This document shows positions 1 to 13,581 of a DNA stretch of 64,000 bases, one piece after another. The notes below the pieces were generated by a model. The model did no database searches. It was not told the DNA's origin and saw only the letters and a list, made by a program, of their open reading frames with translations. Position 1 is the stretch's first letter, and each line of letters begins with the position of its first letter. The position numbers and the translations under genes are program-made. This DNA comes from the human T2T-CHM13v2.0 reference genome, Homo sapiens. The DNA is taken from the NCBI RefSeq assembly GCF_009914755.1, contig NC_060942.1; one strand, written 5' to 3'.

Positions 1-584
1 TCTTCCTCTAGGACTTTAGTTTACAACGTTACATGATTTTTTGGTATGTGTTTGCAGAGAAACGTCCTTTCTCCTCTGAAGTTTGTGTGCTAGATTAAAA
101 CCTGGGCTTCCAAAAACATCTTGCATTCCAAGCTTAAAATAAGAAGTTACGTCAAAGACAATGAACTTTTAAAAATGAATTCTAGTAAATAAGCCAAATT
201 CAGAGGCATTTTTCAGCTTTAAATATTTACTTGGGTTCAGTTTTTCTACAAAGTATGACATAGGAGCATGCTTGTCTTTAAAATATTATGGGACTCATTT
301 TGTTGAGCAAATAAGTAATGTGCTCTTATTCATATATAAAGATGATGTCACTGTTTCAACACCCATTGAACAGTGTGGCTTTGGGCTGTTTTTAGTGACC
401 GAAATACATTATAATGGAGAAACAGTAAGCATTACTAAGGATTAAATTTGTGTTGTTTAATGTTATCATATTTACTTTAATTGTATTAATATTGAAGTCC
501 AATTTTAGTGATCAAATAATTTGTAGTCATGTTTAGTACATGGCAATTCATATATCCTCTTCATAAGAGCATTTTGACTCAAAT

Positions 585-835
585 TCTGGGTTCAGAATTA
601 ACTGGCTATGTGCTCTTAGCAAAAAAACAAAACAAAACAAACAAAAATAAACCTCCATGCTCCACAGTTTCCTCATATTTAAAAATTGGAATTCACTGAG
701 TATTTTATACTACATCCTAGGTATATTCATAACCCTATTTATATCAAATTGTTCATCAATCAAGAGAGAAATAATACCAACTTCACTGGGTTATTGGTTA
801 GATTAAATAAAATGGTGCGTACATGGTGCACAGCT
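585..835 (+). mobile_element. MIR SINE relic
   Basis: MIR core-like text 'ctgggttcagaatt...ctccacagtttcctcatatttaaaaattgg...gggttattggttagattaaataaaat'; boundaries approximate. Confidence 0.55.
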
Positions 836-2964
836 AACTGTCTAGGGTGTGATAGATGCTTCAAAACTTTTGCAGATACATCCCTCCCCTCAAATTCCTT
901 TTCCTCCCCTACTCTGGACCAATCGTTGTGTAAGTGTCTCATTTATGAAAGAAGCTAAAAGTAGATGAGAAATAGATGCATTGTTTTGAGCTTGTTTATA
1001 GGCAGCACATAAGCACTTCAACTGTAAATACTGTTGCTTCATGATGGGCTTGTTGGTAACTTCTATGGCACAGAATTCCTTATTGGTTTCATTAGATTGT
1101 TTTCATTTTCTTCCCCCCCATCATCTTTAATAAGTCATATCAAGATCCCCAGAAAAGGTTGTGTGGACTTCCCTGTTGATCCTGAGGGTGTCAGAGGATT
1201 AACTATAAAACAAAATTGCTATTTTTCCCTTTTCACACAAGAGCCATCCATCCAGCCGAGAGAGAGGCAGATACCCTCCCAGGGCACCTTGGCGTGCAGT
1301 GAAATATTGGTATTCGAATTAGAGTCTAATCAGGACAAGCAGACAAAGTGATGTGTTTCAGCCTTGTCTTTTTTGTAGCCAGTTACTCCAGACTCCTAGC
1401 GTTCATGTCTTCCATGTACTTTCTTTAATTAGCACTTTAATAGCTCGGCTTCAGAGAGTTAGTTCGGGAGAGAACTTTCCTAAAGCTGCCAAATGGTCAC
1501 AAGCAGGAGGTGATTAAATTTCGTCTCAAGCACCAGGCATCTGCACGCGTTCTCTGTGTCACAGTGTGCTTTTCAGGATGTGTGCCCAATAACTCCTGGC
1601 CAGAGGGATGTGATGCTCTCAGGAAACGCATTTGAAAAAGCTGCCGAGCATCATTAACCACTGTCTGTATACTATTGATTTAGATCAGTTTTCATAATAA
1701 GGCTCTCGATTCTCCATTAAGCACTGGTTTATCTTGGATGGGGAAGAAAAAACATTTGTGCAGAGATTATTGTTTTATTAGCTTTGAGCCAGAAAAAAGG
1801 AAAACAAAAAAGTTCTGTGTTTCAAATTTTTATTAGCCCTTCATGTGTTAATTATGCATGCGATTTATAGAAATATTCTTTGCTTAGAGCTTTAACCCTT
1901 TTCGTCATATACACTGACTCAATATTATGAAAATTGTGTTGATAGTCAGTAATCAAACAAGAATAAAACTCCATTTTAACGCATCTCACAGGATGTGATG
2001 CAGTAACTTCCGTAACACAATGTTAAGATATGTGGCCTCTATGGAAATACGGTGAGATATTCTTCTAAAACTTGGTGGGTTTTATTTTCTTTCATATTTA
2101 ACATTTCTGAAGTTAGGATGCATATTACAATAAATATGACAAGAAATCATTTTTACTTTAATTCCTTTTGTAGGACATAAAATAATGGTGTGCTGTATCA
2201 CTAATGACATCTTATAAAAGTATAGTCATTTTTTGCTTATTTAATAGTTGTCTTTTCATAAAGCATAACTTGCATTAAAAATTGCATTACTTTCTTGCTT
2301 TAACAAGTTGTTATACCTAATTTCTTTGTTTGAGTAGAAATTGCTTCCCACCTAGCACCTACAAACACAGTGCATATTTAGCTTTTAAAAAATCCTTAGG
2401 TACAGGCATTATTAATATACTACAATTTTATCATGCAAAGTTCAAAAAATTTAGTGTAAATTTTCAAAGATTAATTTAAAATGCAATGTCCGCATAAAAC
2501 ACATTGGTTATTTAGTCAGAATGAGAGATGCTTTCGAGGTGAGTGATTGAAGGATACTCTCGTCAAGTGCAGAGTCGTCACTCATAACCCTTGTAGTGAA
2601 GTGTTAGGCTCTCTTGTTTCTGTGAACAATAAAAATTGATAATAAGATTGAGAGGAAGGGGAGGGGGTTAAGTATTCATGGCGGCATATTTTTTAATGAA
2701 AACGACACTCCTTTTTTATAATTATGAAAATACTACATGCATATTCAAAAAACAAATATTGTACTAATATTTAGACTATACCTTATTTGATTAATTCTGT
2801 GTAGATGCACACACACACAGGATCACACATAATGCTTTTTGAAACTGACTTTTTCACTTTAACATTATATTTAAAAATGATATAAAATTAATATAGATTG
2901 CAAATAGGTTGACACCATGGAATATAATAGCTGCAGCATGTTGTACTATGGGAGTATCATTTAA

Positions 2965-3200
2965 TAATAAAACAATAGTTAGATTTCATTTTGCATCTAA
3001 CTCATGTCAGGCAATGTGCTGAATATTTTATGCACTAGTTCTCACAATAACCCTATGAAATGCATATTTTACCTTCTTTCACAGTAATTCTATGATGGAA
3101 GACTTGGGGCTTAAACAGGAGTTACCCAGGTAGTTAGTAACAAAGACGAGATTTGAATTTAGGCTGTCCAAGTTAGGTACTCAGACTCTCAACTAGTATT
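2965..3200 (-). mobile_element. MIR SINE relic
   Basis: 'tgtcaggcaatgtgctga...tctcacaataaccctatgaa...gagatttgaatttaggctgtc' is the typical antisense MIR pattern. Confidence 0.6.
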
Positions 3201-3839
3201 CTATACAGAGTTTTATGGCATTTATGTATTCTATTTCTAGATCAATCTTATACTGTGGACAATTAAGTTGCTCTCGAGGGTTCCACTATACAAATAATAT
3301 AGTATTTACTATTTGTTCATACTTTTTTTTCAGTTAACATTGTTTTCCTAGGATAAGTTCATAAGTTTAATATATATTGTAATATTTTCCTACAGATAGG
3401 TTGTTTATTTTATATGCCCATACCAGTATGTAGAGCATGCCTGTTTCTCCACATCTTCACATGTACTGGCTACCAACATGTAGTACTTCTAAGCAGCGGT
3501 TGTAGGACCACAGCCTATCCAGAAACAACATAGGATGTCTGGATCTTGCTTTGTGTATCACCACACTTCTTTTTAGGATATTCCTGAAAGATATGCATGC
3601 ATTTATTTTGGAATGGAAATAAGTGATCAGTCATTTTTACAGCTGTGCAAATACTGTTAAATTCACAATATAGAAATTTATGGCAACAATCAAGTGGGCA
3701 CACGTAACTACTTATCAGATATTTTGGAAAAAAAAGCTAAGCAAAATTTTGCAAATAATAATTGCAGGTCCTTCCATATTATAATGTTCATTTGAAATCT
3801 CTAAAAGGCTCCATATAATAATTGGCATTATTTTCTTTT

Positions 3840-5620
3840 AAATTTTTACTTGGACATATTATTTGAGACTCAGATAAGATTTGCAAGAAATGTACAAAGT
3901 AGTCCTGCATCTCCCTCAGTTGGATTCTCTAAATGGTAATATTCATCTTTTATTTCTTTCTCTCTTTCTCTCACGAACACACAGGTCTTTATATTAATAT
4001 ATTGTTTTCTCATTTGGGGAGGCTATTATAGTATTTGTTACAGGATGTTGCCCTTACATACTTTATAGTTTCTAAAAATAAATATATTATTTTACATAAC
4101 CATTGTATACTTATAAAATCAGAAAAACATGGAAACATAGATAATCTGCAGAACTTAAACAAATTTCACCAATCATTTTTGATAGTGTCCTTCAAAATAG
4201 CCAGATTTCTGATTATTTCTTGCGTTCAATTTTCATGTCCCTTTTCTACCCTTTAATAAAAAAACTTCTTCAGTCATTGTAAATAGTACAAATATTGACC
4301 AGCTATTTGTAGAAACTCTTTCCATTTTGTTGCATTTTTTGGTGACAATATGCAGAAGTGTTCTTTTGAGTTCATCACCTCCTGAGGTTTGAGGTCAATT
4401 TGTCCTGTTCTGGTGATGTCAACCTTGGATAAGTTGTTGTATGTCAGCTTTGTCCATTAAAAATTTAATATTTTTACTTTGTAAGCAGTAAGTAAATTGA
4501 GAGGTGATCATTCGAACAGGTGAAAATATCCGGTTACTTATCAAAATCCATTTGCAGTTTTCACCATTGATTCTTGCCTTAATTATTATTAGGATGATTA
4601 CCAAATAGTTATTTTGTAATTACATTATTCTTTCCGTGTTGATTTCTACTGTAAGGAACACACTTCTATTCCCTCTACCCCAAGTGACAGACCTTCATCA
4701 ATTAATTCGTTAACCGATGTATGGAATCACGGATCCTTTTTCTTTAATTATTGGGTTATAATCTCTTATTCTCATTTTTCTAATGCTCAAAAGCTGTGTC
4801 AGATTTGGCCAGTGGCAACTGCTACATTCTGACTCCTTTATCCTTTGGACATGTGATCATTAATCTTTGAGTACCTGTTTTTTTTTGTTTGACACAATAT
4901 GTTCTTGAATTACCTTGTATTTTTATTGTCCCAGCCTGAAATAGGTCATTTTTCTGGGGGTTCCTTTAGTGGATAATGGAGTGTAAAAACCAAGGTCTGG
5001 GCTCTGGAGTGATCATTTCTACTTGGGTGTAATTGTTTCAACGCTCTTTAAGCTGGCAGACATAGCAAATACATATATACCTACTCACACCCATAAACAA
5101 CCATTTAACTATGTATAAGCAAATACATATATACCTACTCACACCCATAAACATCCATTTAGCTATGTATAAGCAAATACATATATTCCTACTCATACAC
5201 ATAAACATATATTTAACTATGTAGACATACATAGTTTACATAGTTATAAGTATATAAGCAAATACATATATTAGTATACATAGTTATAAGTATATTAGCA
5301 AAAACATATATACCTATTCACACATATGTAAACGTAGATAAATGTATGTTTATATGTGTGAATAGATATATATTTGCTTATATACTTATATAAGCACACT
5401 ATATTTATTACCAGATAGATAGATGTTGAAAACTATGAATTTATACTTATATCTCTAATTTCATTTGAACACATAAAGTTTATTCCAAAATTCTCTATAC
5501 CCATATTGTAACTCCCTCTTCTGACATTGAAGAACATTGTTCTCAATACCAAAAATATATTTTCGTGGTTTCTTAATCCAAGAATGCACAGGAAATTACT
5601 GTTAGAATTACTAGTTCATG
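3840..5620 (-). mobile_element. Old L1M (L1MC-like) 3' region, degenerate
   Basis: Antisense L1MC-like motifs e.g. 'ccagatttggccagtggcaac', 'ggttcctttagtggataatgg...aaccaaggtctgggc', 'tgtaactccctcttctgaca'; subfamily from memory. Confidence 0.5.
5064..5225. repeat. 54-bp minisatellite, 3 copies, followed by degenerate copies
   Basis: 'agcaaatacatatat(a/t)cctactca...atttaactatgta' starts at 5064, 5118 and 5172 (period 54). Confidence 0.9.
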
Positions 5621-5635
5621 TCTCTCTCTCTCTCC

Positions 5636-5681
<46 letters not shown>

Positions 5682-5710
5682 GACAAATGTGTGTGTGTAC
5701 ATATATATTC
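5620..5710. repeat. Compound (CT)n(TA)n(TG)n microsatellite
   Basis: Direct reading. Confidence 0.9.
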
Positions 5711-5765
5711 TTGTCTTTTCAAATTGCAATAAAATTACTATTTCATGTAACACAGAATGTGTAAT

Positions 5766-6231
5766 TGTTATAGTTTGGATAGTTGTACCAACTCAAATCT
5801 CACGTTGAAAAGTAATTCTCAGCGTTGGAGGTGGGGCCTGGTGGGAGGTGTTTGGGTCATGGAAGTGGATCTCCCATGAATAGCTTGGGCCATCTCCTTG
5901 GTGATAAGTAAGCTCTCGCTCTGAGTTCACATGAGGTCTGCTTGTTTAAAAGTGTGTTGCACCTACCTCCCCACTCTCTCTCTCTCTCTGTCTCTCTCTC
6001 TGTCTCTGTCTCTGACTCACTTGTTCCTCCTTTTGACGTGTGACCTGCCTGTTCCCCCATTGCCTTCTGCCATGATCAAAAGCTCCCCAAGGCTTCACCA
6101 GTAGCCGAGCAGATGCCAGCACCATGCTTCATGTAAAGCTTGCAGAACTGTGGGCCAATGAAAACTGTTTTATTTATAAATTACCCAGTCGCAGGTATTT
6201 CTTTATAGCAATGCATGAATGGCCTAATAGA
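5766..6231 (+). mobile_element. Solo MaLR LTR (MST family, MSTB-like)
   Basis: Starts 'tgttatagtttgga', contains 'ggaggtggggcctggtgggaggtg', ends 'ttataaattacccagtc...ctttatagca...ctaataga'; perfect 5-bp TSD GTAAT at 5761-5765 and 6232-6236. Confidence 0.9.
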
Positions 6232-8279
6232 GTAATGGAGAAGAATACTCTAAGTTCCTTGAGGGAAAGATTCATTTCTTATATAATTTTTACCTCCTAT
6301 ATTTAGAGTCAGAATTGTAGAGAGTTGTAGGTGACAGGTGATGAAATCATACCTTTTGGAGGGGGCCTCTGCCTGGCTCCAAAAGACACAGTTTCACCAC
6401 CGGCCACTTTCAACTTGCCTCGTATAGATGACAATGTGGTATTTACCATCTGCTTCAGTCTTGCTTGTTATCTGCTCTGAGTGACTTTTACTTCTGTAGG
6501 ACCAATTAAGTGTATCTTACATAAAAGATTCAAAGGATGTTAGAGTGACTTCAAGGTTTTTTTTTCCTGCAAACCATCTTGACAAAAGTACCAAAGTATA
6601 TTTATATCTATATAGCTATTCATGTGTTTGTGCTTGGAGATGTTATCAAAAAAACTATTGCATGCTCAAACTTTTTCTATGTATTTGAATATAATCTTTA
6701 TTTGTTTCTGCAGCTATAACACCTATCCCATTAATAGACATCTTTACACTAATACTTCAACATAAATGCTAGAAAAGCTCTTTGCTGTGTGGCTAGACAG
6801 ATCAATTCTTGCTTCATTGATTATTTCAATGAGAGTCTAAAAGCATATCCTTGTGTTACTGATAATTTCATCTGTGGTGGTCTTTATTTGGTTCAATTTC
6901 TAATATTTGCACCAAGAGACAGGCATATATGGGACATGTTGAATAGTCTAAATAGAAACTTCAGAGTTCTAGGATAATTTTTACTAGTTGAGTTTAGTTA
7001 GATGCAGTGGCACACAGCCCATCCTGCAGACTACTGTTTTCACCTTACTTCTGGCTCTAAAAACGGCTTAAACTATGGTTGTTACCCATATATATGTGTA
7101 ATTTGGAAATACTTGATTATCTCATTCTTTACTAACACTGTATACTTGCTAAAATTCATTAACAGATTAATATGGCCTATAATCATGGTTGCATAGCCAA
7201 TTACTTTTTATTTGTCAATATGTGTTGGCATCCAATTTAAACTGGAAATAATGTCCTGTATGACATTGGTGCACAGTACATTGAAAGTGGTTGATCAATA
7301 CTCATTATTCAAGTTTAATGAGTTTTGTCATTTTAACAATCAAGGACAAAAGTAACATATGTCCACATTTTCATGGCTTACATAAAGTTGCTTTTACACT
7401 TTATTAATCATTCTCAACTTGTTTTCTGTTATTAATATAAAATTACGCGTAAAACTTGTATTGAATTCCTAATTGAAAGGATAGCCATAAATCAGGTGAT
7501 CAGAGTGGTTCCTTAGAAACCACAGGAAGTTACACCATATCTAAAAAGATTGTTAATGTGATGTAGAGAATGGTAAGTTAATGAGATGGCTCATTGCTTA
7601 GTTTAAAGGTACTGGAAAATTAGGAAGGTGTATGGAGAATTAGAAACTTCATCCTTCAGCATGGTTTGATGATAGCATACCTGAAACCTTATGGTTTGGA
7701 AGACTGTGATACTGTTATAGATTGTTATATCATGTCTCCTTATTGTTTTTATTACATGTAGACATCCCAGCAACCTTGTATCTCTACTTACATATAAAAG
7801 TATTTAATGTGGCAATTTCATCTCTTATATTCAATCTAATTATGTAATGACATGGATACATAAATATATATTATAGAGACGCTTATTAAAGCATTTAATA
7901 TAGCAAAATTCTGGAAAAAAACCCAATAAATAAATGCTGCATTTGTACATAGTGGAGATACATGTAAGAGGTAAAATAGCTTTTTAAAGAGAGGCTAGCT
8001 TTACAAGGTATAAGGTAAATCTCTTCGATGAGCTGAAAGATGATCCCATGGTATATGGAGTGAGGATAGGATATTATAATTCAGTATATGCAAAATCACA
8101 CACATACACGTACTCCACATACATACACACACACGCAACCATTCTACTAACATGAAATTTTCCTCAGCCGTTCTCCCTAGGAGAACGTGTTCGTAGGGGT
8201 CTGTCTCATTCTCTGTGTACTTCTTTGGTAAAATCAAATAAATTCACAACAATGCTGAAGAATTTTTGCTCTTTGTGCT

Positions 8280-9950
8280 TTTTGGAAATCTAGTTTCCCA
8301 GGTGCACTCTCTCTCCCATTTTTCTTCAGACCTCCGCCTCCTCATATGCAGCTGATGACATTATTTCTCTGAGAAACATAGAGTGATTAAGATGTAATTC
8401 TACATTCCCCATACCACGCCTATTCCCTGATCTGTACCTCTGCCTGTAGTCTCAATGTTCTTCTCTGTTAGTCTGGGAGAAGTGTTCTTGCTTCCTTATA
8501 GGACTGACTGCTAGACTTGTGCACTAGATTCAATGCCCTTGAATCTACTTGAGAACATTAGCAATTCTCCCCGATTAATCATATACGTGTGTGTGTGTGT
8601 GTACTAATTTCTACTAACTCACAACAGACAAATATGCTGTAGTTTTTCCAACATAAAAAGAAAAAATATTCTCGCCCCACACATCTTTAGATATCCCCAC
8701 TTCCACAAATGTTTTTCATTGCTTTGCTTAGTAGCAAAATTCCTCTGCAGTATTGTCTATACAGTATTTTGTCTCCAGTCCCTGTCCACTTTCTTTCTTG
8801 AATTATCTTCAAGTTGGCCTTTTCTTCTGTCATTTCTCTACCAAAACTCTTCTTGTCAAAAACATCACTGATAAATTCAAGTTTTTAATTCTCAGTGCTC
8901 AGCTCACTTGACTTGCTAGCAACATTTGTCACTTGATCAGTCCATCCTCCTCTGAAATGCTTTTTGCATTTGGTTTTCGGAAGCCAAGCTCTCTGATCTT
9001 CTTACCACTGCATTGACCATCCCTACTAAATACCTTTTTATGTCTCTGCACCTCCTTTGTGTGTCTACATTTACTATTTTGGAAAGTCACTCAGGTTTTT
9101 GTCTTTAAATGTTATCTATATGTTAATGATTTCCAAATTGGTACTTCTAGAGCAAGCTTCTCTCCTGAACTACAGCCTCAACTGCATACTTAGCCTCTCT
9201 CCCGGGATGGTAGAAGGTGGCTTATATTGAGCAAGTCCAAAAATGGAATTGTGATATCCCCTGAAGCAAATTCACTTTCCCAGAGCTTCTCTATTTCAGC
9301 GACAATGCAATTGGTTATTTTTTATTTTTTGGATTTTTGTATGTTTTAGATTTTCTAGCCCCCAAACCTTGGTTTCCTCTTTGATTCTCCATTTTGTTTC
9401 ATATCCCATATCTCATCAATAGTCAATTCCATTGGATTCAAGATAAGTCCAGAATCTGATGACTCCTCACTTGTGCCATCATTCTGCTGTGAGCCTTCAT
9501 CACCTCTTATCTGAATTACAGCAATTACCTCCTACGTGATTTCTCTTCTTTCACCCTTGCTGCCTTTTAGTTCATCCTCAACGCAGCAGCCGGAATTATC
9601 CTTTGAAATATAAGCCAGATTGTGTCTCTCCTCTGCTTAAATTTTGCACTTCTCTAAGAGCAAAATCTAAGTTAAAAGCCATGAGACATTACACGATTTG
9701 ACCTTCCTGTTTCCTCCCTAACTTAATTTCTTTCTATTTTCCCTTTTGCTCACATCCTCTCCATCTTTATTGATCTGTTTGCCGTTCCTCAAATAAGATT
9801 GGTTTCCACTGCAAAGTCTTGTACTTGATCTTTCACCTGCCAGAAATACATTCCCTCTAGATCTACGTAGCAGCTAACTCTAATCTTCACACAATGTCAT
9901 CTTCTTGACAGGATCTTCATTGACTGTATTATTTAAACTCACGAGGACCT
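8280..9950 (+). mobile_element. L2 LINE relic
   Basis: L2-like pyrimidine-rich text: 'ctctcctgaactacag', 'ccccaaaccttgg', 'catcacctcttatctgaattacagcaattacctcct', 'gcagcagccggaattatcctttgaaa'. Confidence 0.7.
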
Positions 9951-10802
9951 CTCAAAAAGCATACAGATTTTGGATAATAATCCTATCCTGAAGACACAAT
10001 CCTGAATGCCAAAGTCCCAAATATTGAAATCCCTAAAGAACAAAATCCCTCTAGCCTAAATCCCTAAAATCTAACATCTCTAACGTCTAAAATCCGAAAA
10101 AAATTACAGGATAGTTGCATTATGTTAGGCAGAAACATTATCTTGTTATTTTCTGTATGCAGAATAAAATGGATTTTAATAGAATCCTCAAACCATAACG
10201 ACATATTTGAAATTAGGTGCAATCAAGGCTTCTAAAAGTGACTTTCAAGGTGTTACCAATAAAGTTTGTTTTTTCCATTCAGGCCAATGCATTTGGAGAA
10301 GATCTGGGTTTATAGATTGGCCATGCAGTATGGCAATGAAGTAAATTCAATTTAAAAGTGAGTCACTTGGCTGCATTGGTATTCCTTCTGCTGTTGAGAT
10401 TTCAGGAACTTTTAATAAATTAAACCTGCATTTGCCTAAAGAAGCCACTGAAGTTACTGACTAGTTTGAGAATAATTATGTGAATGGCAGGGTAAGAAGA
10501 TACTTCTGAAATGGTGTTGCTGTTCAGTTACCAATTTTTTAACCAAAAAAATAGTTTATTGAATGTAATTAGTATCTTTTTTAATACTTTAAGTTTTTTA
10601 CTACTTTTAAAAAATACTTTAAGTGCAGAAAGTTCAGGTTTGTTACACAGGTATACACATGTGCCATGGTGGTTTGCTGCACCCATCAACCCGTCATCTA
10701 CATTAGATATTTTTTCCTAATGCTATCCCTCCCCTTGCCCCCACCCCCAGACAGGCCCTGGTGTGTGATGGTCCCTTCCCTGTGCCCATATGTTCTCATT
10801 GT

Positions 10803-13544
10803 TCAACTCCCACTTATGAGTGAGAAAACATGGTGTTTGGTTTTCTGTTCTTGTGTTAGTTTGCTGAGAATGATGGTTTCCAGCTTCATCCGTGTCCCTG
10901 CAAAAGACATGAACTCATTCTTTTTTATGGCTGCATAGTATTCCATGGTGTATATGTGCCAAATTTTCTTTATCCAGTCTAACATTGATGGGCATTTGGA
11001 TTAGTTCCAAGTCTTGCTATTGTGAATAGTGCTGCAACAAACTTACGTGTGCATGTGTTTTTATAGTAGAATGATTTATAATCCTTTGGGTATAAACCCA
11101 GTAATGGGATTGGTGGGTCAAATTGTATTTCAAGTTCTAGATCCTTGAGAAATCACCACACTGTCTTTCACAACGGTTGAACTAATTTACACGCCCGGCT
11201 CCTATTTCTCCACATCCTCTCCAGCATCTGTTGTTTCCTGACTTTTTAATGATTGCCATTCTAACTGACGTGAAATGGTATCTCACTGTGGTTTTGATTT
11301 GCATTTCTCTAATGACCAGTGATGATGAACTTTTTTTCATATGTTTCTTGGTCACGTAAATGTCTTCTTTTGAGAAGTGTCTGTTCATATGCTTTGCCCA
11401 CTTTTTGATGGAATTGTTTTTTTTCCTTGTAAATTTGTTTAAGTTCCTTGTAGATTGTGGATATTAGACCTTTGTCAGATGCATAGATTGCAAAAATTAT
11501 CTCCCATTCTGTAGGTTTTCTGTTCACTCTGATGATAGTTGCTTTTGCTGTACAGAAGCTCTTTAATTTAATTGGATCCCATTTGTCAATTTTGGATTTT
11601 GTTGCCATTACTTTTGGTGTTTTATTCATGAAGTCATTGCCCATGCCTATGTTCTGAATGGTATTGCCTAGGTTTTCTTCTGGGGCTTTTATGGTTTTAG
11701 GTCTTATGTTTAAGGCTTTAATCCACCTTGAGTTAATTTTTGTATGAGGGGTAAGGAAGGGGTCCAGTTTCAGTTTTCTCCATATGGCTAGCCAGTTTTC
11801 ACAATACCATTTATTAAGTAGGGAATCCTTTCTGCATTGCTTGTTTTTGTCAGGTTTGTCAAAGATCAGATGGTTGTAGATGTGTGGTGTTATTCTGAGG
11901 CCTCTGTTCTGTTCCATTGGTCTATATATCTGTTTTGGTGCCAGTACCACACTGTTTTGGTTACTGTAGCCTTGTGGTATAGTTTGAAGTCAGATAGTAT
12001 GAGGCCTACGGCTTTGTTCTTTTTGCTTAGGATTGTCTTGGCTATATGAGCTCTTTTTTGGTTCCATATGAAATTTAAAGTAGTTTTCTTCTAATTCTAT
12101 GAAGAAAATCAATGGTAGCTTGATGGGTATAGCATTGAATCTATAAACTACTTTGGGCAGTATGGCCATTTTCACAATATTGATTCTTCCTATCCATGAG
12201 CTTGGAATGTTTTTCCATTTGTTTGTGTGCCCTCTAATTTCCTTGAGCAGTAGTTTGTAGTTCTCCTTGAAGAAGTCCTTCACATCCCTAGTAAGTTTTA
12301 TTCCTAGGTATTTTATTCTCTTTGTAACAATTGTGAATGGGAGTTTGCTCATGATTTGGCTCTCTGTTTGTTTATTATTGGTATATACGAATGCTTGTGA
12401 TTTTTGCACATTGATTTTTTTATCCTGAGACTTTGCTGAAGTTGCTTATCAGCTTAAAGCATTTTTGAGCTGAGATGATGGGGTTTTCTAAATATACAAT
12501 CATGTCATCTGCAAACAGATGTCATTTCACTTCCTGTCTTCTTTTTTAAATACCCTTTATTTCCTTCTCTTGCCTGATTGCCCTGGCCAGAACTTCCAAT
12601 ACTATGTTGAATACAACTGGTGAGAGAGGGTATTCTTGTCTTGTGCTGGTTTTCAAAGGGAATGCTTCCAGCTTTTGCCCATTCAGTATGATATTGGCTG
12701 TGGATTTGTCATGAATAGCTCTTGTTATTTTTAGATATGTTCTATCAATATCTAGTTTGTTGAGTGTTTTTAACGTGAAGGGGTGTTGAATTTTATTGAA
12801 GGCCTTTTCTGCATCTATTGAGATAATCATGTGGTTTTTATCACTGGTTCTGTGTATGTGATGGATTGCGTTTACTGATTTGCATATGTTGAACCAGCCT
12901 TGCATCCCAGGGATGAAGCCCACTTGATCCTGGTGGATAAACTTTTTAATGTGCTGCTGGATTCGGTTTGCCAGTATTTTATTGAGGATTTTGCATCAAT
13001 GTTCATCAGGGATATTGGTGTGAAATTTCCTTTTATCTGTTGTGTCTCTGCCAGGCTTTGGTATCAGGATGATGCTGGACTCATAAAAAGAGTTAGGAAG
13101 AGTCCGTCTTTTTCTATTGTTTGGACTAGTTTCAGGAGGCATGGTACCAGTTCCTCTTTGTACCTCTGGTAGAATTCAGCTGTGAAGCCATCTGGTCCTG
13201 GCCTTTTTCTGGTTGGTAGGCCATTAATTACTACCTCAATTTCAGAACTTGTTATTGGTCTATTAAGGGATTCGACTTCTTCCTGGTTTAGTCTTGGGAG
13301 GGTGTGTGTGTCCAGGAATTTATTCATTTCTTCTAGATTATCTAGTTTATTTGTGTAGAGGTGTTTATAGTATTCTCTGATGGTAGTTTTTATTTCTGTG
13401 AGATCAGTGGTGGTATCCCCTTTATCATTTTTTATTGTGTCTATTTGATTGTTCTCTCTTTTCTTCTTCATTAGTCTGGCTAGTGGTCTATCTATTTTGT
13501 TAATCTTTTCAAAAAACCAGCTCCTGGATTCATTGATTTTTTGA

Positions 13545-13581
<37 letters not shown>

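Noticed and set aside
2510-2545. Strong donor GAG|GTGAGT at 2539
   Set aside because: No convincing acceptor or reading frame upstream; isolated matches are expected by chance in 64 kb
5038-5232. Repetitive Cys/Ile/Tyr ORF and possible CRISPR-like array
   Set aside because: Head-to-tail 54-bp minisatellite with no unique spacers, in eukaryotic context
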